Shown here: piece after piece, positions 56,382-64,000 of the stretch
Numbering within the stretch: the stretch's first letter is position 1
Layout: each line of letters starts with the position of its first letter
NCBI RefSeq assembly: GCF_009914755.1
Contig: NC_060940.1
DNA length: 64,000 nucleotides
Direction: 5' to 3' (one strand)
Origin: the human T2T-CHM13v2.0 reference genome, Homo sapiens
The notes under the pieces: generated by a model
Told to the model about the DNA's origin: nothing
What the model saw: only the letters and a program-made list of their open reading frames with translations
Database searches by the model: none
Translations under genes and position numbers: made by a program

Positions 56382-59300
56382 CGAGTCCATTCGATGATTC
56401 TATTCGAATCCATTTGATGATTTCTTTTGATTATAGTTGTTGATGATTCCTTTGGAGTCCATTCCATGATTCCATTCGATTCCAATCGATGATGATTCCA
56501 TTAGTGTCCATTTAATGATTCCATTTGATTCCAGTCTCTGATGATTACATTCGAGTCCATACGATGATTCCACTCAATTCCATATGATGATGATTCCATT
56601 CGATTCCATTCGATGATTCCATTCTATTCTATTCAATGGTGATTCCATTCGAGTACATTAGATGATTCCATTCGATTCCATTCAATGATGATTCTATTTG
56701 TGTCCCTTACATGGTTCCACATGATTCCATTAGATGATGATACTATTTGAGCCCATCCAATGATTCCCTTCGATTCCATTCGATGAGGATTCCATTCGAT
56801 TCAATTCATTGGTGATTCTATTCAATTCAATTCTTTGATTCCATTCCATTCCATTCGACAATGATTCCATTCGATTTCTTTCGATGATTCCACTCGATTC
56901 CACTTGACATTGATTCCATTCGATTCCATTCAATGATTCCGTTTGATTCCAGTGGATGATGATTGCCATCGATTCCATTCGATCACTCCATTCTATTCCA
57001 TTTGATGATGATTACATTCGATTCCATTTGATGATTCCATCTGATTCTATTCGAGGATTCCATTTGATTCCATTCGATGATGATTCCATTTGAGTCCATT
57101 CGATGATTTCATTCGAGTACATCCAATGATTCCATTCGAGTCCATTTGATGATTCCATTTGATTCCATTTGATTATGATTCTACTAGAGTCCATTCAATG
57201 ACTCCATTCGAATCCATTCAACAATTCCATTCGAGTCCATTCGAAGATTCCATTTCATGATTCCATTCGAGTCCATTTAATCATTACAGTCGAGTCCGTT
57301 TGGTGATTCCACTGGATTTCTTTTGATAATGATACCATTCCATTACATTTGATGATGATCCCATTCAATTTCATTTGATGATGATTCCATTAGAGTCCAT
57401 TCAATGATTTCATTCGAGTCCCTTCATTGATTCCATACGATTTCATTGGATGATGACTCCATTCGAGTCCATTCGATGATTCCACTCGATTCCATTAGAT
57501 GATTCCATTGGAGTCCATTTGATTGTTCCATTCGATTCCATTCAATTCCTTTCGAAGATTATTCCATTTGAGTCCATTCGACGATGATTCTATTCCATTC
57601 CATTCGATGATTCCGTTTGATTCCATTCGATGATTCCCTTTGATTCCTTTCTATGATGATTCCATTCCATTCCATTCAATGATTCCATTCGAATCTATTC
57701 CATGATGATTCCTTTCGATTCCATTCGCTGATGTTTCCGTTCAATTCCATTCGATGATGATTCCATTCGATTCCATTCATTGAGGATTCCATTGGATTCC
57801 ATTCAATGATGATTCCATTCTATTCCATTCAATGATTGCATTCAATTCCATTCAATGATTATCCCCTTAGAGTAAACTCAACGATTCCATTCAATACCAT
57901 TCGATGATGATTCCTTTTGAGTCCATTCAATGATTTCATTCAAGTCCATTTGATGATTCCTTTCAATTCCATTCTATGATGATTCCATTCGAGTCCATTC
58001 GATGATTCCATTCGATTGCATTCGACGATTCCCTTATATTCCATTCAACGATGATTCCATTCGAGTCCATTCGATGATTCCATTAGAGTACATTTAATGA
58101 TTGCTTTGTTTTCAATTCGAAGATGATTACATTGGATTCCATTCTTTGATACCATTCGATTCCATTCAATGATGATTCCACTCAAATCCATTGGATGATT
58201 CCATTCGTGTCCATTCGGTGATTTCATTAGATTCTATTCGAGGATGATTCCATTCGATGATTCCATTCAATTCCATTCGATGATGATTCCATTCCAGTCC
58301 ATATGATCATTCCATTTGATTTCATTCGATGATGATTCCATTCGATTCCATTCGACGATTCCATTCTATTCCATTCGAGGATGATTCCATTCGAGTCCAT
58401 TCGATCATTCCATTCGAGTCCATTTAATGATTCCATTGGGTTCAATTTAATGATGATTACATTGGATTCCGTTCTATGATTCCATTCAATTCCGTTCATT
58501 GACAATTTGATTCCATTCGATGATGATTCCATTTGAGTTCATTCGATGATTCTATTCGATTCTCTTCGATGGTGATTCAATTCTATTATATTGGATGATT
58601 CCATTCGATTCCATTTGATGTTGATTCAATTCGATTCTATTCGATGATGATTCCATTGGATTTCACTTGATGATTCTATTCGATTCCATTCAATGATGAT
58701 TCACTTCTCGTCCATTGGATGATTCCATTTCATTCCATTCGATGATGATTCCATTCGATTCCATTCGATGATTCCATTTGATTCCATGCGACGGTGAGCA
58801 ATTCGATTCAATTCCATGATGATTCTATTTGATTCAATTAGATGATGTTTCCATTCGAATCCATTCCATGATTATTCCATTGGAATCCATTCGGCGATGA
58901 TTCCATATGAGTCAATTCAATGATGATTCCTTATGGGTCCGTTCGATGATAATTCCATTTGATTTCATTCGATGCTTCTATTCTATTCCAGTCGATGATG
59001 ATTCCGTTGGAGTCCATACGATGATTCCATTTGATTTCATTTCATGATGATTCCATTCGATGACGATTACATTGGATTCCATTCTATGATTCCATTCAAT
59101 TCCATTCGTTGATGATTCGATTCCATTCAATGATGATTCCATTTGAGTTCATTCGATGATTCTATTCGATTCCATTCTATGGTGATTCAATTCCCTTATA
59201 TTGGATGATTCGACTCGATTCCATTTGATGATTATTCCATTGGAGTCCACTTAGTGAATCCTTTAGATTCTACTCGACGATGATTCCATTCGAGTCCATT

Positions 59301-62300
59301 CGATGATACCATTCAATTCCATTCGCTGATGCTTCCATTCAAGTGCATTCGATGATATCATTTGATTCCATTTGATGATAATTCCATTTGATTCCATGCG
59401 ATGATTCTATTCGATTCCATTCAATGATAATTCCATTCATTTCAGTGATTCCTCTGGACTCCATTTGATGATGATTCCATTCAATGATTCCATTCGATTC
59501 TATTCGAAAATGATTCCATTTGAATCCATTTGATGATGATTCCATTAGATTCCATTTGATGATTCCATTCGATTCCATTTGACGATGATTCCATTCGATT
59601 CCGTTTGATGATTCCATTCTATTCTATTCGATGATGATTCCATTCGATTCCATTCGATGATGATTGGATTCGATTCCATTTGATGATTTCATTTGATTCC
59701 ATTCGTTAATGATTTCGATCAATTCCATTCGATGATTCCATTCGATTCCATTCGATAATGATTACATCCGAGTCCATTCGATGATTCCATTTGAGCCTGT
59801 TCGATAATTCCATTTGAGTCCAACCAATGATTCCATTCATTTCCATTCAATGATTCCATTCGAGTCCATTTGATCATTCCGGTAGGGTACATTCGATGTT
59901 GATTCCATTGGAGTGCATTCGATGATTCCATTCGAGTCCATTTTAGGATTTGATTCGAGTCCTTTCGATGATTCCATTCGATTCCACTCGATGATGATTT
60001 CATTCGAGTCCATTCGACACTTCCAATCGATTCCATTTGATGATTCCATTCGAGTCCAATTGATGATTCCATTCAATTCCATTCGATGATGATTCCGTAC
60101 GATTCCATTCTGTGATGATTCCATGTGATTGCATTCAATGATGATTCCTTTCGATTGCATTCGATTATGATTCATTTCGTGTTCATTCTATGGTTCCACA
60201 GGTTTCCATTTGTGTCCATTCCATTATTCCATTCTATTCCATTTGATGATGATTCCATTCGATTCCATTCATTGGTGATTCCACTCAATTCCATTCAATG
60301 ATTCCATTCCATTTCTTTCAACAATGATTCCATTAGTTTCTAATCGATGATCCACTTGATTCCATTTGACGACGATTCCATTCTTGTCCATTCGATGATT
60401 CCATTTGATTCCATATGATGATGATTCCATTCGATTCCATACCATGATGATTCCATTCGAGTCCATTCAATGGTGATTCCATTCAATTCCATTCGATAAT
60501 TCCTTTTGATTCCATTCGATGATGATGGCATTCGATTCCTTTCAATCATTCCCTTTGATTCCATTCAAAGGTGATTTCATTCAAGTCCATTCGATAATTG
60601 CATTCGATTCCATTCTATGATGATTCCATTCGAGTCCATTTGATGATTCCATTCAATTCAAGTCAATGATGATTCCATTCGATTCCAATCGATGATTCCA
60701 TTGGATTCCATTCGATGATGATTCCATTCAAATCCATTCGATAATTCAATTCAAGTCCATTCGATGATGATTCCAATCGAATCCATTCAAAGATTCCATT
60801 CAGTTCCATTCGATGATTCCCTTAGATTCCATTCGATGATTCCACTTGATTGCATTTACGATGATTCCATTCGATTCCATGTGATGATTCCATTCAATTC
60901 TATTCAATGATGTCTCCATTTGATTCCATTCGACCATGATTGCCTTTGATTCCATTCAATGATTCCATTCGGTTCCGTTTGATGATGATTCCGTTCGATT
61001 CCATTTGATGATTCCATTTGATTCCATTGGATGAGTCCATTCGATTACATTCGATGATTATTCCATTCGAGTGCATTAGATGATTCCATTCGAGTCCATT
61101 CGATGATTCCATTCGATTCCATTCGATGTTGATTCTGTTCAAATCCATTCGATGATTCCACTCGATTCCATTCGTTGACTCCATTTGATCCCATTCGATG
61201 ATTTCCTTTGATTCCCTTTGATGATCATTCCATTTGATTCAATTCGGTGATTTCATTTGATTCCATTCAGTGATGTTTCCATTCAACTCCATTCGATGAT
61301 GATTCCATTCGACTCCATTCGATTATGATTTCATTCAATTCCATTCGATAATGATTCCCTTCGAGTCCATTCGATGATTCCATTAGATTCCATTCAACGA
61401 TGATTTGATTCGTGTCCATTCGATGATTCCATTTGATTCCACTTGATGATGATTCCATTCGAGTCCATTTGATGATTCCATTCAATTCCATACTCCGATG
61501 ATTTCTTTTGAGCCCACTCAATGCTTCCACTCGATTCCATATGATGATGACTCCATTCGATGAAATTCGATGATGATTCCATTCGCTTGCTTTCGATGAT
61601 GATTCCACTTGAGTCCGTTAGAAGATTCTATTCAATTACATTCCATGACGATTCCGTTCGAGTCCATTTGATGATTCCATTAGACTCCATTCGACGATGA
61701 TTCCATTCGATGTTATTCGATGATTCCATTCGATCTCATTCGATGATGATTCCATTCAACTCCATTCGATGTTTCCATTCGAGTTCATTCTATTATTCCA
61801 TTAGATTCCATTCGATGATGATTCCATTCGATTCCATTTGATGATTGCATTCTATTTCATTTGATGATGATTCCATTCGAGTCCATTTAATGAATCCATT
61901 GGTTTCAATTCTATGATGATTACATTGGATTCCATTCGTTGATGATTTCATTCGGTTCCATTCAATGATGATTCCATTCAATTCCTTTCAATGTTTCCAT
62001 TCAATTCCATACGATGATGATTCCATTTGATGTGATTCGACAGTGAGCCATTCGATTCAATTCCATGATGATTCAATTTGATTCAATTGGTTGACATTTC
62101 CATTCGATTCCATTCGATGATTATTCCCATTGATTCCGTTCAAAAATGATTCCATTCTAGCCCATTCAATCATTCCATTCGATTCTATTCAATGATGATT
62201 CCATTCATGTCGATTTGGTGATTCCATTTGACTTCATTTGATGATGATTCCTTTCAAGTTCATTAGATGATTCCATTCGATTCCATTTGATGATGATCCC

Positions 62301-62450
62301 ATTCGAGTCCATTCAGTGATTCCATTCGTTTCCATTCCATGATGATTCCATTCCTTTCCATTCAATGATTCCATTCGATTCCGTTTGATGATGATTTCAT
62401 TCGAGTCCATTTGATGATTCCATTTGATTCCATTCGATGATGATTCCATT
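56382..62450 (+). repeat. Near-canonical unit of 6,069 bp (6,112 minus 10, 10 and 23 bp), followed by a partial unit to the window end
   Basis: Landmarks 57012/63081 and 56730/62799 differ by 6,069. Small deletions lie at ~57251, ~58250 and ~61880. Confidence 0.88.
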
Positions 62451-64000
62451 CGAGTCCATTCGATGATTCTATTCGAATCCATTTGATGATTTCTTTTGAT
62501 TATATTTGGTGATGATTCCATTGGAGTCCATTCAATGATTCCATTCTATTCCAATCGATGATGATTCCATTAGAGTCCATTTAATGATTCCATTTGATTC
62601 CAGTCTCTGATGATTATATTCGAGTCCATACGATGATTCCACTCAATTCCATATGATGATGATTCCATTTGATTCCATTCGGTGATTCCATTCTATTCTA
62701 TTCAATGGTGATTCCATTCGAGTACATTAGATGATTCCATTCGATTCCATTCAATGATGATTCTATTTGTGTCCCTTAGATGATTCCACATGATTCCATT
62801 AGATGATGATACTATTTGAGCCCATCCAATGATTCCCTTCGATTCCATTCGATGAGGATTCCATTCGATTCAATTCATTGGTGATTCTATTCAATTCAAT
62901 TCTTTGATTCCATTCCATTCCATTCGACAATGATTCCATTCGATTTCTTTCGATGATTCCACTCGATTCCACTTGACATTGATTCCATTCGATTCCATTC
63001 AATGATTCCATTTGATTCCAGTGGATGATGATTGCCATCGATTCCATTCGATCACTCCATTCTATTCCATTTGATGATGATTACATTCGATTCCATTTGA
63101 TGATTCCATCTGATTCTATTCGAGGATTCCATTTGATTCCATTCGATGATGATTCCATTCGAGTCCATTCGATGATTTCATTCGAGTACATCCAATGATT
63201 CCATTCGAGTCCATTAGATGATTCCATTTGATTCCATTTGAAAATGATTCTACTAGAGTCCATTCAATGACTCCATTCGAGTCCATTCAACAATTCCATT
63301 CGACTCCATTCGATGATTCCATTCGATTCCATTTGATGGTTCCATTCGAGTCCATTTAATCATTACAGTCGAGTCCATTTGGTGATTCCACTGGATTTCT
63401 TTTGATAATGATACCATTCAATTACATTTGATGATGATCCCATTCAATTTCATTTGATGATGATTCCATTAGAGTCCATTCGATGATTTCATTCGAGTCC
63501 CTTCATTGATTCCATCCGATTTCATTGGATGATGACTCCATTCGAGTCCATTCGATGATTCCACTCGATTCCATTAGATGACTCCATTGGAGTCCATTTG
63601 ATTGTTCCATTCGATTCCATTCGATTCCTTTCGAAGATTATTCCATTTGAGTCCATTCGATGATGATTCCATTCCATTCCATTCGATGATTCCGTTTGAT
63701 TCCATTCGATGATTCCCTTCGATTCCTTTCTTTGATGATTCCATTCCATTCCATTCAATGATTCCATTCGAATCTATTCCATGATGATTCCTTTCGATTC
63801 CATTCGCTGATGTTTCCGTTCAATTCCATTCGATGATGATTCCATTCGATTCCATTCATTGAGGATTCCATTTGATTCCATTCAATGATGATTCCATTCT
63901 ATTCCATTCAATGATTGCATTCAATTCCATTCAATGATTATCCCCTTAGAGTAAACTCAACGATTCCATTCAATACCATTCGATGATGATTCCTTTTGAG

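Larger units (their letters stand above)
1..64000 (+). repeat. Human Satellite II (HSat2/HSATII) tandem array, probably the HSat2B subfamily; CATTC-rich strand on +
   Basis: Continuous diverged CATTCGATTCCATTCGATGATGATTC-type repeats run from the first to the last base. The 23/26-bp monomers (ATTCCATTCG)2(ATG)1-2, with abundant TCGA and GAGTC, distinguish it from pure (CATTC)n HSat3. The subfamily is inferred from the 6,112-bp period. Confidence 0.98.

Noticed and set aside
28000-56400. A continuous 22.8-kb tandem period
   Set aside because: The 22,766-bp offset holds for only ~5.7 kb. Landmarks beyond it (e.g. 34683) have no partner at that distance within the window.
411-63767. More than 150 short minus-strand ORFs (MESSSNGIEWNHHRM-like peptides), the longest 193 aa at 6247-6828
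   Set aside because: These are translations of the GAATGGAATCATCATC repeat. The minus strand is ATG-rich and stop-poor, while the plus strand has TGA in all frames. The ORFs overlap in several frames, have no domain signal and recur with the satellite period. They were used only as landmarks.
1-64000. CRISPR-like or prokaryotic repeat system
   Set aside because: There are no unique spacers, no cas or other genes, and the repeats are contiguous and degenerate.
1-64000. HSat3, alpha satellite, or inserted Alu/L1/inversion
   Set aside because: The CATTCGATTC plus ATG grammar is HSat2, and CATTC runs are only about three copies long. I saw no 171-bp monomer, poly-A tail, non-satellite stretch or GGAAT-strand switch.

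Overview
The whole 64 kb is human-type Satellite II (HSat2/HSATII) pericentromeric tandem DNA in one orientation. It is built from diverged 23/26-bp monomers of the form (ATTCCATTCG)2(ATG)1-2, rich in TCGA and GANTC sites. I see no gene, RNA gene, transposon, CRISPR array or inversion, and every listed ORF is a translation artefact of the repeat. Identical ORFs and rare k-mers, used as hand-placed landmarks, show a higher-order structure. A 6,112-bp unit is present on the right, which is the period known for HSat2B (classically chr16; the locus assignment is an inference). Variant spacings of about 3.6, 4.1, 5.4, 5.5, 6.0, 7.0, 9.0 and 9.9 kb also occur. The main observation is a single 11,829-bp unit at 4231-16059 that contains all of the 6,112-bp unit colinearly plus four extra blocks (758, 2013, 105 and 2836 bp). 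The other variants examined are explained as register-preserving deletions, duplications or patches of this long unit. All offsets were derived by hand, and junctions are approximate to within tens of bp.
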